A DNA stretch of 61,413 bases from Kiritimatiellia bacterium (GCA_017628025.1 JAGBZX010000025.1:1-61413); one strand, 5' to 3'. Positions 24,293 through 33,775 are shown, counted from the first letter of the stretch. Numbers and translations are program-made. Notes: a model not told the origin generated them from the letters alone.

Positions 24293-25204
24293 TTACTGGC
24301 CCTTACACCAATTATCAATACCTCTAGCAATTGCCGCGCCTACTTTGCGCCTGCGATCAACATTCCAACTAGCCGCCTCGCCAGCAGGATGTGTTACAAA
24401 ATCAATCTCTACTAAACAGCTAGGCACTTGGGGCGAACGCATCACCTTGAAGTTAGCCGAAAAGACACCTCTTACAGATATTTCGTCTTTAACCGCTTCT
24501 TCAAACGAAGTGCGGATAGCTTCTCCTAAAACTTTACCAATATCGTTCCACGCATAAACTGAAGCGTATCTGGTAGTCGCAGCATTGTGATTATGCGCTG
24601 GAGCGTTGTGATGAATAGAAATAAACGCATCAGCCTTAGTCTCATGCGCCATCTTAGGCCTATCTTGCAGCGCAATAAAAACATCATTTGTGCGCGTTAA
24701 AATCACATTGTAACCTAAACTATCAAGACTCTTTTTTATCTCCTTTGCGACAAAAAGATTAACTTGCTTTTCAGGATAAGAATGTGGAGAGACAGCCCCA
24801 GAGTCATGGCCTCCGTGACCTGCGTCTAAATATATCGTTATGCTGGCAGGAGTCTTGTTTGTTGGCACAACTTGAGGCTCATCACTAGCGTAAGGAAGTT
24901 TTTCATACTTCTTTTGAACAACTTTTTGGCCGTTCGTACTAGGTGGATTTGCTACATAAAAACTACGGCTAACCTTCTCTAACTTAGACGTTACCGTTAT
25001 TTCATTTAACCCTGGCTGAACATCAACCATGCCCGCCCAAGCGCCAATACGATAAACGCTAACACTTTTGCCATTAAGATAAACTTCTTTTACACCTCTG
25101 TCTACTGCACCTATAACGTAAATTTTGTCTAAATGCTGAAACTTCACACCTTCACGAGGGAAGGCTATTGAAAGAAGTGCGAAAAGTATCGAGGTAAATA
25201 TCAT
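24293..25204 (-). CDS. N-acetylmuramoyl-L-alanine amidase (Amidase_3 family)
   Basis: IYLDAGHGGHDSGAV...FISIHHNA...E.DFVTHP motifs. Confidence 0.8.
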   Translation of the reverse strand: MIFTSILFALLSIAFPREGVKFQHLDKIYVIGAVDRGVKEVYLNGKSVSVYRIGAWAGMVDVQPGLNEITVTSKLEKVSRSFYVANPPSTNGQKVVQKKYEKLPYASDEPQVVPTNKTPASITIYLDAGHGGHDSGAVSPHSYPEKQVNLFVAKEIKKSLDSLGYNVILTRTNDVFIALQDRPKMAHETKADAFISIHHNAPAHNHNAATTRYASVYAWNDIGKVLGEAIRTSFEEAVKDEISVRGVFSANFKVMRSPQVPSCLVEIDFVTHPAGEAASWNVDRRRKVGAAIARGIDNWCKGQ

Positions 25205-25803
25205 TAAAGTGAAGCTATAATAGCTTTAAGAAATTCATCGTACCTTGTATAAACTGGGATTTCAGGATTGGCTTTTACGATAGACTCTGGCGGGCGGAAG
25301 AAGAACCCAGCCTTTGAAGCTTTAATCATCCCTAAGTCGTTAAAACTATCACCTGCTGCAATCGTCTCAAATCCACAACTTTGAAGCGCTTTAACTGTTG
25401 TGAGCTTTGATTGCGGGCAGCGAAGTTTATAGTCAACAACCGTGCCGTCTTCATTTATTATAAGAGAGTTGCAGAAAAGGGATGGGTGATTTAGCTTTTT
25501 CATAAGTGGCCCACCAAACTGCTCGAATGTATCTGAAAGGATAAGCACTTGCGTGCGCTCCCTAAGATTCGAAAGAAACTCCAGTGCGCCATCAAATGGC
25601 TCAAGAGTTGAAATAACATCTGTTATCTGAGGAAGCTTTAAGTTGTGCTTATTAAGCAAATCTATGCGATATTGCATAAGCTTATCATAATCAGGCTCAT
25701 CCCGAGTCGTTTTACGAAACTCGGGAATACCTGTTTTTTCAGCAAATGCAATCCAGATTTCAGGAACTAAAACCCCCTCAAGATCCAAACAGACAATATT
25801 CAT
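25204..25803 (-). CDS. thrH: Phosphoserine phosphatase / homoserine phosphotransferase ThrH-like HAD hydrolase
   Basis: MNIVCLDLEGVLVPEIWIAFAEKTGI... and GDSFNDLGM, 199 aa. Confidence 0.75.
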   Translation of the reverse strand: MNIVCLDLEGVLVPEIWIAFAEKTGIPEFRKTTRDEPDYDKLMQYRIDLLNKHNLKLPQITDVISTLEPFDGALEFLSNLRERTQVLILSDTFEQFGGPLMKKLNHPSLFCNSLIINEDGTVVDYKLRCPQSKLTTVKALQSCGFETIAAGDSFNDLGMIKASKAGFFFRPPESIVKANPEIPVYTRYDEFLKAIIASL

Positions 25804-25814
25804 ATTAAAGTAGA

Positions 25815-27731
25815 TTATTTTTTATCTGGGAAACGATCAAGAATAAACTCTGAAATAAGTTCAAAGTAATCCTGCATTGACCAAAGATTCATATGTTCTT
25901 TAGGTGTATGCCCGCCGTGGCAATCAGTGCCAGTGATAATAAGCGGAACTCCAAGATTTTGTAAGTGTCGAGCGTCTGTCGAACTATCAAGATGGAAATA
26001 ATGATCATACTTATGACCCTTGCCATCACAAAGTTTAACCTTAGTACGACGAAGGAAATCGTTCATCACTGGCTCAGACTCGTCAAGAATTACAGCAGGA
26101 CTCTTACGAGAGTTCTTAATCTCGCAATTGGGGAAGCATGATGCGAGTTTTTTCTCTATTTCTGCCCAGTCGTCATTCTTGGAATTCTTAAGCGTAATTT
26201 TTGCAGACGCCTTTACAGAATTACCATTAATCGCTGAGACTGCCGCAGTATCACGCCAAGAGCCATCCTCAAAGTTAGGGAACACCTCGGCTAGTTTATC
26301 ACAACCCTCTAAAATACGAGCCAACGCATTCTTAGGAGGAGCTCCCTTAAGAAGCCCCGTATGAACAGGAGCAGCAGTTGCAATAACTTCATAGCCACCT
26401 AAGCCCTTCTGACGCGTAGTTACGGAATATGGCTCCATATCAAGAACAAACGCGACCTTCTTTGCGCCATACCCTTTTTCTTCTACCATCCATTTCGTGC
26501 CTGCGCCACCGATTTCTTCATCGCTGCCGAAAATACAGCCTATCGACGCTTTATCCTTAAGCTCACGAAGAAGACGAGCGGCTAATACGCAATGCCCCTT
26601 GCAGTCACTTGCACCGCGTCCATAAAGAACACCATTAGTGATAGTAGCTGTATACATGGAGGGTGATTGCGCCTGGACAACATCTAAGTGAGCTGAAATT
26701 AATACATCAGGCCTCTTGGTGTCACGAGTACAAGCAAAGAGAACCTTTCTTCCGTCAGGCATTACTTCCATCGTGCATTTAATGCCATGAACATTAAGAT
26801 GCGCCGCCATCGCCTCACTCATGCGATTGACTTGAGGAATATTGCGCGAGGTAGAAGGAATTGCGATAAAAGCCTTTAAAAGCGTAGCGTCATCAGTTGA
26901 AGTAAGAATATCGCCAACAACCTTTGACTCCTTAAGAGGCTCTAAGCCACAAAGCTCGGGCAAGCGCGAGAATATCTCACCAATGCGAGCTAGTTCAAAA
27001 CGCGAATCATTATCAAAGAGAATTTTCTCTGGGTGGAACTGAACACCAGCAGCGGGATAAAAGGAAGCCTCAATAGCCTCAACAACTCCATCTGGCGCGA
27101 CGGCTGAAGCAACAAAGCCAGGGGCTAAATCCATCGCTGATTGATGATGATACGTATTTACAGAAATGTTTCCTGCGCCAACGACTGCGGCTAAACGAGT
27201 GCCGTCAACGATTTTAGCGGTGTGCATAGGAAGAACGCCTTCCTTGCCCTTTATGGAATGCGCAAGCTTGATTTTTGACTTAGGTGTTATCTCGGAAGGA
27301 ATATCTTGATAAAGAGTTCCACCAAAGAAAACATTTAAAACTTGACACCCGCGGCAAATACCAAACATAGGCACGCGCTTAGCTTTGGCTACTTCAAGAA
27401 GTTTAAACTCAAAATTATCGCGGCATAAATTTACCGCTCCTAATTTAGGCGAGTTCTTATGGCCATAACGTTTTGGCTCAACATCTTCACCGCCAGTCAA
27501 TAAAAGAATATCAATCTTTTCAACGAATGCCTTGAGCGTTGCTTCATTAGTGGTGCAAGGCAATACTAGAGGCACGAAACCGGCATCTTCGACAGCTTTA
27601 ATATAAGTCCTTGAAACTCTAGCCATACCACCAGTGTAGCAAGTTTCAACGACACCAACAACGACACGATTCGTAGCGAAAAGGCTAAGCGAAATCGCAA
27701 AGAACGAAATAAAAAGAGTAAGTTTTTTCAT
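25815..27731 (-). CDS. Secreted fusion: class-I glutamine-amidotransferase-like peptidase C26 (gamma-glutamyl hydrolase type) plus M20 metallopeptidase
   Basis: N-half has GICRGCQVLNVFFGGTLYQDI...HHQS...FHPE. C-half has ISAHLDVV...GRGASDCKG...GSDEEIGG. Signal peptide present. Confidence 0.7.
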   Translation of the reverse strand: MKKLTLFISFFAISLSLFATNRVVVGVVETCYTGGMARVSRTYIKAVEDAGFVPLVLPCTTNEATLKAFVEKIDILLLTGGEDVEPKRYGHKNSPKLGAVNLCRDNFEFKLLEVAKAKRVPMFGICRGCQVLNVFFGGTLYQDIPSEITPKSKIKLAHSIKGKEGVLPMHTAKIVDGTRLAAVVGAGNISVNTYHHQSAMDLAPGFVASAVAPDGVVEAIEASFYPAAGVQFHPEKILFDNDSRFELARIGEIFSRLPELCGLEPLKESKVVGDILTSTDDATLLKAFIAIPSTSRNIPQVNRMSEAMAAHLNVHGIKCTMEVMPDGRKVLFACTRDTKRPDVLISAHLDVVQAQSPSMYTATITNGVLYGRGASDCKGHCVLAARLLRELKDKASIGCIFGSDEEIGGAGTKWMVEEKGYGAKKVAFVLDMEPYSVTTRQKGLGGYEVIATAAPVHTGLLKGAPPKNALARILEGCDKLAEVFPNFEDGSWRDTAAVSAINGNSVKASAKITLKNSKNDDWAEIEKKLASCFPNCEIKNSRKSPAVILDESEPVMNDFLRRTKVKLCDGKGHKYDHYFHLDSSTDARHLQNLGVPLIITGTDCHGGHTPKEHMNLWSMQDYFELISEFILDRFPDKK

Positions 27732-27739
27732 AATTGTAA

Positions 27740-27748
27740 ATTATATCA
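27740..27748 (-). promoter_or_regulatory. Extended -10 promoter TGATATAAT, 8 nt from ATG 27731 (predicted leaderless)
   Basis: The gap TTACAATT is followed directly by the ATG. Confidence 0.6.
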
Positions 27749-27921
27749 TTTTTGCTTAAAAAAGTGAAGCGAAACAGTTCGTTTTCGTGCATGTGTGATG
27801 TCCAAATCTAAAAGCAAGGATTACTTGCGTTTACTTTTGGACTCAACTGCAGAAACATACCCTACTTAGTAAAAAAGCGATTTCAAAGCACATGCCAATG
27901 AAATTCAATAACGCTTTATCC

Positions 27922-27950
27922 AAAATGAGAACTATCTGCGGAAATTTCTC
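27922..27950 (+). repeat. AATGAGAA motif copy M2
   Basis: AAAATGAGAACTATCTGCGGAAATTTCTC. Confidence 0.75.
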
Positions 27951-27969
27951 ATACTAATCCTGCTTACGC

Positions 27970-28022
27970 TTACTGGGAGATTTGGAGGTTACTGGGAGAT
28001 TTGGAGGCTTGGAGATTCGGAG
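27970..28022. repeat. 19-bp tandem repeat TTACTGGGAGATTTGGAGG, 2 copies plus a partial
   Basis: 27970-27988 and 27989-28007 are identical. A degenerate third unit follows. Confidence 0.85.
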
Positions 28023-28072
28023 AAACTTGAGAAAAATCAAACATACCTTTCAAAAAACAACTACTTATCAGC

Positions 28073-28101
28073 AAAATGAGAATTATATGCGGAAAATTCT
28101 T
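28073..28101 (+). repeat. AATGAGAA motif copy M3
   Basis: AAAATGAGAATTATATGCGGAAAATTCTT. Confidence 0.8.
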
Positions 28102-28166
28102 AAAGTAAAAACCTTCGCGAACGAAAGCGAACTTCACGTGAGTTTAAAGAAACTGGTATTGATAAT

Positions 28167-28200
28167 TGGCATTGGCAACACTGGCAACATTGGCAACATT
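28167..28200. repeat. 9-bp tandem repeat TGGCAACAY, 3 copies plus a partial
   Basis: TTGGCATTGGCAACACTGGCAACATTGGCAACATT. Confidence 0.8.
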
Positions 28201-28294
28201 TTTTATTAAGAAAGGTCGCAAATATGATATTCAAATTCTACGCTCTTACGTACTACCAATCCAAGAAAGAAAATCGCTATAAATACATTCTTTG

Positions 28295-29251
28295 TTATAG
28301 TGCGCCTGTGACTAGGGAACCAAATGTTGTCACAGGAGTTGTATCACGATAATTATCTAACACTTGCCTAGCGTCCTTAATTAACCCCTGCACATCGTTA
28401 TACAGCGACTCATCTGTTAATAACCTACCCATCGTCCCTTCGCCACTTTTTAACTTCAGCGCTACCTCATTTAAATTTGCAACAACCTCTTCGGCACGCT
28501 TAACAATCGTCTTAAGATCAAGCGACTGCCCTGCTTCTCGGAATGCTTTTGCACCACCCTCTAAATCATCTATCATGGTTGTATTCTTTATTCTCTGACT
28601 TACCTCTGCAATATTTTCACTTACTATCACTGCATTAGAAATAGCTAGGCTTAAATCTTCATATAAAGTCGATTTCTCATCAAAAAGTTTACCAATAACT
28701 CCCTCGCCTCTTTCAACTCGCTCACTCAACCTGCGAACCGACTGGCTAACCGCTGCAATATTCGTTATCACCGAACGAATTTCTTCGCGACTCGTAATTT
28801 CATTCAAATTTTTTGCTACTTTCGCAATATCCTGCATCCAGTCACTGGGCGTTTCACCTAAAAGACTAGTCGAACCAAGTTCTATAACCTCGCCTACACC
28901 CTCTTCAAGTTGCAAAAAATTGCCTCCCAGCATAGAAAGGCTGCAAACCGACGCTCTATACCCCTGGCGAAGAACAACCGAACGATCAAGTTCAATTTGA
29001 ACTACTAAATTCGACGGCGTTACAACTATATCCTCTACTGCACCTACCTTTGTGCCGCGATACATTACGTTGTCGTGCGCCTTCAACCCTCCAACTGAAG
29101 CAAACGAAATATCAACGCGAACCTTTTCGCGACCTCCTAAGACATCAACCCCAGAGATAACAATCGTAAAATATACTAGAAGTGCAAGAACTGCGAGCAT
29201 AAATATGCCGACGACAACTTCTGAAAATATATCCGCTTTGCCTCTTGCCAT
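28295..29251 (-). CDS. MlaD/MCE-domain protein
   Basis: N-terminal TM helix followed by an MCE domain (VRVDISFASVGGLKAHDNVMYRGTKVGAVEDI) and a long helical C-terminus. Confidence 0.75.
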   Translation of the reverse strand: MARGKADIFSEVVVGIFMLAVLALLVYFTIVISGVDVLGGREKVRVDISFASVGGLKAHDNVMYRGTKVGAVEDIVVTPSNLVVQIELDRSVVLRQGYRASVCSLSMLGGNFLQLEEGVGEVIELGSTSLLGETPSDWMQDIAKVAKNLNEITSREEIRSVITNIAAVSQSVRRLSERVERGEGVIGKLFDEKSTLYEDLSLAISNAVIVSENIAEVSQRIKNTTMIDDLEGGAKAFREAGQSLDLKTIVKRAEEVVANLNEVALKLKSGEGTMGRLLTDESLYNDVQGLIKDARQVLDNYRDTTPVTTFGSLVTGAL

Positions 29252-29285
29252 CTTTTCACTCCATTTTAAAATTCTTTTACTTGCT

Positions 29286-29318
29286 ATTATATCATATTTC
29301 CAGCAATTGTGATATAAT
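29286..29318. promoter_or_regulatory. Divergent promoter pair: ATGATATAAT (minus strand, 29286-29295, MlaD-like gene) and TGTGATATAAT (plus strand, 29308-29318, metK)
   Basis: Both copies of the extended -10 consensus lie within the 101-bp divergent spacer. Confidence 0.6.
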
Positions 29319-29352
29319 ACTCAATGCAAAAGCGAACAAGAAGTATTACAAA

Positions 29353-30549
29353 ATGAAAGCTAAAAAAATCTCAATGCCTCATACTCATATTTTCACATCT
29401 GAGTCAGTTTCTGAAGGTCACCCAGACAAAGTAGCAGACCAAATATCTGACGCTATTCTTGATAGTTGCCTTAAGATAGATAATAAGGCACACGTTGCTT
29501 GCGAAACAATGTGCGGTCATAATGTCGTAGTCAATATGGGTGAGATTACCTGTCGTGGCTTTGATAGCGTTGATACTCAAGGCATCGCTCGTGAAATCGT
29601 TACACGCATCGGCTACGACCGCAAGAGCGAAGGCTTCTCATGGGACAGTTTTAATTACACTAGTTACCTTCATGGTCAGTCGCGCGACATAGCTCGCGGA
29701 GTAAACCGCGACAAGGATCGCAAACAAGGCGCTGGCGATCAAGGCATGATGTTCGGATATGCAACAAATGAAACAGAAAGTTTCATGCCTGCACCTATCG
29801 TCTATTCTCATGAACTTCTGAAATATTTTGCAGACATCAGAAAAAGCGGCGATTATCCGTGGCTTAGGCCAGATTCAAAATGCCAAATATCTGTGGTTTA
29901 CGAAAATGGAGTCCCTAAACGCATCGATACGGTAGTAGTTTCTCATCAGACTACAAACCGTGGCGTAACAATGACAGATGAAATAAAGCGCCTAGCTAAA
30001 GAACAACTTTCCAAGACAGGACTTCTTGATAAGAAAACAAAGTTCCTTATAAATCCTACGGGCAAATTCGTTATTGGTGGTCCTTCTGGTGACTCTGGTC
30101 TTACTGGGCGCAAAATTATCGTTGATACATACGGCGGTATGGCCTCTCATGGTGGCGGAGCTTTCTCTGGCAAGGATCCTTCGAAGGTAGACCGCTCTGC
30201 AGCATATTACACTCGCTACGCTGCCAAAAACATTGTCGCCGCTGGTCTTGCTTCTCGTTGCCAGATTCAAGTTGCATATGCTATTGGCGTAGACAAGCCT
30301 GTTTCTTTTTGCATAAAAACATTCGGCACCAATGCCCCTGGAATTGAAAACGCTGATATTGAAGATATGCTTTATAAAGCCAAAGTGTTTGATTTTAGGC
30401 CTTATGCTTTAATTGAAGATCTTGGTCTTCTTTGTCCAAACGGCTGGTGTTATGCAGACACTGCGGCTTACGGTCACTTTGGCAGAGACATCTTCCCTTG
30501 GGAACGACTTGATAAAGTGGAAAAGCTAAAAAAATACTTTGCTCGCTAA
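29353..30549 (+). CDS. metK: S-adenosylmethionine synthase
   Basis: FTSESVSEGHPDKVADQISD, GAGDQGMMFGYA, GGGAFSGKDPSKVDRS. I moved the start to ATG 29353. The ORF-track start at 29245 would read through the promoter. Confidence 0.95.
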   Translation: MKAKKISMPHTHIFTSESVSEGHPDKVADQISDAILDSCLKIDNKAHVACETMCGHNVVVNMGEITCRGFDSVDTQGIAREIVTRIGYDRKSEGFSWDSFNYTSYLHGQSRDIARGVNRDKDRKQGAGDQGMMFGYATNETESFMPAPIVYSHELLKYFADIRKSGDYPWLRPDSKCQISVVYENGVPKRIDTVVVSHQTTNRGVTMTDEIKRLAKEQLSKTGLLDKKTKFLINPTGKFVIGGPSGDSGLTGRKIIVDTYGGMASHGGGAFSGKDPSKVDRSAAYYTRYAAKNIVAAGLASRCQIQVAYAIGVDKPVSFCIKTFGTNAPGIENADIEDMLYKAKVFDFRPYALIEDLGLLCPNGWCYADTAAYGHFGRDIFPWERLDKVEKLKKYFAR

Positions 30550-31510
30550 GAATCTTTACGTCCACTTCCCTTTTTGCAGACGCAGATGTTCGTACTGCTC
30601 GCTCTTTTCGCGCGTTTGCATACCTAGTGAACAACGAGATAGTTACGTTAGAAATCTGGCATTACACGCAAAGGGTAATTATGCCACCGTATACTTTGGC
30701 GGAGGTTCGCCTGCCCTTTGTGACTTAACGCCAATTCTAAAAGTAATTACTGCTGATGAATTCACAGTTGAGCTTCACCCCCTAGATGTCACAGAAGATA
30801 CTTTAAAAAAACTCTTTGATAACGGAGTTAATCGTATCTCTATGGGCGTTCAATCTCTTGACGAGTTAACTCTAGAAAAAATGGGGCGAATGTACACGCC
30901 TTTAGAAGCAGCCAAGGCATTTGAGATGGTTAAGAAACATTTCACCAATGCTGGAGTTGATATTATTCTAGGCTATCCAGGTGATAATGCTAAATGGTTT
31001 AATGAACTAAAATCATGGGATCTTAATCATTGCTCTGTCTATTCATTACAAAATGAAAGAAATTTAAAAGACACTTTTGACGATGATACTGTTTTAGACA
31101 TGATAAAAAATGCATCAGAATCACTCAAAGATATTGGCTTAGAGAGATATGAAATTTCAAACTATTCTAAGCCTGGTTTTGAATGTCGCCATAATCTGGC
31201 AGTATGGTTAGGAGAAGACTACATTGGATTAGGTGAAGGTGCTTACGGCAGAGAAGGACTACTAAGAACTAAAAACAAAGGCACAAAGCTAGAAGAATCT
31301 CAACTAGTTAAAACTGAAGATGACAAAAAAGAAAGAACTCTCTTCTCGCTTCGCACAAAGTATGGACTAGACACGAAAGACTACCCCAATTGGAGAAAAC
31401 TTTTAGATGACTTTGTTATTGAAGGCCTAGTAAGAAAAAACAACAACACATATTATTTAACGGAACGCGGCACAGAGGTTTGCGATTCAATAATTGCAGA
31501 GCTTATTTAG
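30539..31510 (+). CDS. hemW: Radical SAM heme chaperone HemW (HemN-like, short form)
   Basis: LYVHFPFCRRRCSYCSLFS CxxxCxxC motif. 323 aa. TTG start overlapping the metK stop. Confidence 0.75.
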   Translation: MLAKNLYVHFPFCRRRCSYCSLFSRVCIPSEQRDSYVRNLALHAKGNYATVYFGGGSPALCDLTPILKVITADEFTVELHPLDVTEDTLKKLFDNGVNRISMGVQSLDELTLEKMGRMYTPLEAAKAFEMVKKHFTNAGVDIILGYPGDNAKWFNELKSWDLNHCSVYSLQNERNLKDTFDDDTVLDMIKNASESLKDIGLERYEISNYSKPGFECRHNLAVWLGEDYIGLGEGAYGREGLLRTKNKGTKLEESQLVKTEDDKKERTLFSLRTKYGLDTKDYPNWRKLLDDFVIEGLVRKNNNTYYLTERGTEVCDSIIAELI

Positions 31511-31511
31511 T

Positions 31512-32660
31512 TTATTTGCGCTTAATATTTATAATTGAAGCAATATTAATTATATCGCCTGCACCCATAACAAGAGTAACATCACCTTCTGACTTAGAAT
31601 TTGATGCACATTCCCATGCTTCTTCGCAACTTTTTGCCAACAAGGGACTGCGCCCCAGGTCGCACATACGCTTATAAAGGCATGCTGTCGTACCGCCTTC
31701 AATAGGTTTTTCAAAAGCCGGATATACTGGACACAAAATAACTTCATCAGCTAAGTCAAATGACATGGCAAACTCATCTAAAAATCTTTTTGTTCGCGAA
31801 TACCTATGTGGCTGAAAAAGGACTCGAATTTTTCCTTTAGCTAGATTTTTAGCACGCTTCAAACAATACTTAATCTCAGCAGGATGATGAGCGTAATCAG
31901 CATAAACACCTTCTGCAAGTTTCTGAAAGCGTCTATCTGGCAACTCTGAAGAAACCTTTTTTAAGGCTTTATCAACTTCTGATAAACTATGCCCTCTAGA
32001 AAGTAGAACCTTAACTGCTATCTCCTCGTTTGTAAGCCCTTCACCTTCAATTACTTTTTCAGCATTACTTCTAGCAGTATTAAAACACGCTCTATATGAT
32101 TCTACTGTTGGAAATTTATCAGGATGATCATAGTCAACATTCGTAATAACCAGTAACTTTGGTTTATAAAGCTCTAGTGTCGCATCAGACTCATCAGCCT
32201 CAACAACTAAAACACCGCCCTTCTCTCCTCCAGCAAGGGGAAATTTACCTGTCTCACCACCTACCGCCCACTCAACCTTCTCACCTAGTTCGAGTAACAT
32301 GCGTATAATAAAAGTGCACGTTGTTGTCTTACCATGAGAACCTGAAACTGCTATAGAATCAGTCGCCTCAGAGACCATCTCCGCGAGAACTTCTCCTCGC
32401 ATTCGAAGATTTTTCGCTGCACTTCTTTCTGGAACAGTAAGAGGTACTGCTGGAGTTGCCACAACTTTATCAATGCCATCAAGGTGTGATATATCGTGAG
32501 AATCAAAAACCTTGATGCCTTTTCCTTCAAGCCACTTAAGGCGCGGGGAAATAGAAGTATCACAACCGCTAACTTCAAATGAGCGGTTTTTTAAAAGCAC
32601 AGCGAGGCCGGCCATGCCGACCCCGCCGACACCAATTAGGTGTATGTGCTGAGGATTCAC
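31512..32660 (-). CDS. murC: UDP-N-acetylmuramate--L-alanine ligase, unusually short (382 aa)
   Basis: IHLIGVGGVGMAGLA, GSHGKTTT, EADESD, DYAHHPAEI, FQPHRYSRT. Confidence 0.75.
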   Translation of the reverse strand: MNPQHIHLIGVGGVGMAGLAVLLKNRSFEVSGCDTSISPRLKWLEGKGIKVFDSHDISHLDGIDKVVATPAVPLTVPERSAAKNLRMRGEVLAEMVSEATDSIAVSGSHGKTTTCTFIIRMLLELGEKVEWAVGGETGKFPLAGGEKGGVLVVEADESDATLELYKPKLLVITNVDYDHPDKFPTVESYRACFNTARSNAEKVIEGEGLTNEEIAVKVLLSRGHSLSEVDKALKKVSSELPDRRFQKLAEGVYADYAHHPAEIKYCLKRAKNLAKGKIRVLFQPHRYSRTKRFLDEFAMSFDLADEVILCPVYPAFEKPIEGGTTACLYKRMCDLGRSPLLAKSCEEAWECASNSKSEGDVTLVMGAGDIINIASIINIKRK

Positions 32661-33124
32661 TCCTGAGGAGCTTCCTCGTCAAGAATCGCAACCTTGAACT
32701 TGACGATGACGTCGTGACCAAGGTCGATTGAAGCCTGATACTCGCCGACTTCCTTAAGTGTGTCGTCGAGATCGAGCTGTGAACGCTTAAGCTGAACACC
32801 GCGATTTGCTTCAATTGCTGCTACGATGTCGGTAGCACCGACAGAACCATAAAGCTTCTTGCCGTCGGTCGTGTGAGCCGAAACGGTGATCGAAAGATCC
32901 TGGAGCTTCTTAGCAACTTCAAGAGCGGACTTCTTTTCTTCGGCAGCCTTGAGAGCACGCTGTTCTTCAAGCTTTTTAAGTCTGCGCTTAGCCGCTTCAG
33001 TAACGGTGTCAGCAAGACCCTTTGGTGAAAGATAATTGCGGAAGTAGCCAGGAGCAACCTTAACGATTTGGCCGGACTTGCCGAGCTTCTTCACATTATC
33101 CATGAGTATGACTTCTATCTGCAT
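32657..33124 (-). CDS. rplI: 50S ribosomal protein L9
   Basis: MQIEVILMDNVKKLGKSGQIVKVAPGYFRNYLSPKGLA. Confidence 0.95.
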   Translation of the reverse strand: MQIEVILMDNVKKLGKSGQIVKVAPGYFRNYLSPKGLADTVTEAAKRRLKKLEEQRALKAAEEKKSALEVAKKLQDLSITVSAHTTDGKKLYGSVGATDIVAAIEANRGVQLKRSQLDLDDTLKEVGEYQASIDLGHDVIVKFKVAILDEEAPQE

Positions 33125-33143
33125 GAGAATCTCCTTCCTGAGA

Positions 33144-33374
33144 TCAAGCCATAAGGCCCATATTACGGGCGCGTTTCACACCCTGACGAATCTGGCGCTG
33201 CTGCTGAGCGGTAACGCCTGTGATACGTGCGGGAAGAATCTTGCCGTAGTCAGTAATGTAGTACTTGAGTGTCTCGATATCGTTGATATCAATAGACTCA
33301 CCTGCTCTGAGCGGTGGACGCTTACGAGCGGCGAACTCTTCACCCGCGGAACTGTTAGACTTTTTAAATGCCAT
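33144..33374 (-). CDS. rpsR: 30S ribosomal protein S18
   Basis: LKYYITDYGKILPARITGVTAQQQRQIRQGVKRARNMGLM. Confidence 0.95.
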   Translation of the reverse strand: MAFKKSNSSAGEEFAARKRPPLRAGESIDINDIETLKYYITDYGKILPARITGVTAQQQRQIRQGVKRARNMGLMA

Positions 33375-33397
33375 TTTTTAAACCTCGTGAAATTAAG

Positions 33398-33775
33398 TTA
33401 AACGTTCTGAGTTTCACCTGCTGCGGCGTCCTTCTTAGCCTGACGCTCCGCACGTGCGGCGCGCTCAGCAGCGAGCTTAGCTTCGCGACGCTCATCAATC
33501 GCGAGAATCTGAACTCTGAAGACGTCTTCTACGAGGCGGTAACGATTTACGAGTTCAACAACCTTGAGTGGATCGAGCTCGAAAACGACCTTGACATAAA
33601 CACCTGAGTCACGCTTGGAAAGCTGACGCGAGAACGTACGTTTACCAAGAGATTCGCTCGAAATAATATTGCCACCGAGCTTTGTTATTTCAGCAGCAGC
33701 CTTTTCGAGGCACGCTTCAAGAGCGTCATCTTTCGTAATACCGACAAAGATGTAAAGAGCTTCATACTTTTTCAT
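33398..33775 (-). CDS. rpsF: 30S ribosomal protein S6
   Basis: MKKYEALYIF... plus an acidic/basic tail. Position is upstream of rpsR. Confidence 0.9.
   Translation of the reverse strand: MKKYEALYIFVGITKDDALEACLEKAAAEITKLGGNIISSESLGKRTFSRQLSKRDSGVYVKVVFELDPLKVVELVNRYRLVEDVFRVQILAIDERREAKLAAERAARAERQAKKDAAAGETQNV

Noticed and set aside
27762-28140. MITE-like terminal inverted repeats flanking the 27.8-28.1 kb spacer
   Set aside because: Complementarity is limited to GTGAAG/CTTCAC plus generic CGAA/TTCG-rich sequence. That is not a convincing TIR, and no target-site duplication is visible.
27982-28209. 75-aa plus-strand ORF in the repeat spacer, and the 70-aa ORF at 61104-61316
   Set aside because: Both run through tandem repeats and dispersed motifs. 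They lack an SD and any recognisable protein features.
29245-29352. N-terminal 36-codon extension of metK given by the ORF track
   Set aside because: The extension would be translated from the divergent promoter region, including the TGTGATATAAT -10 element. MetK homology starts at MKAKKISMPHTHIFTSESVSEGHPDK.
29319-29352. SAM riboswitch upstream of metK
   Set aside because: Only ~28 nt lie between the predicted TSS and the ATG, too short for any SAM riboswitch class. No conserved riboswitch motifs were seen.
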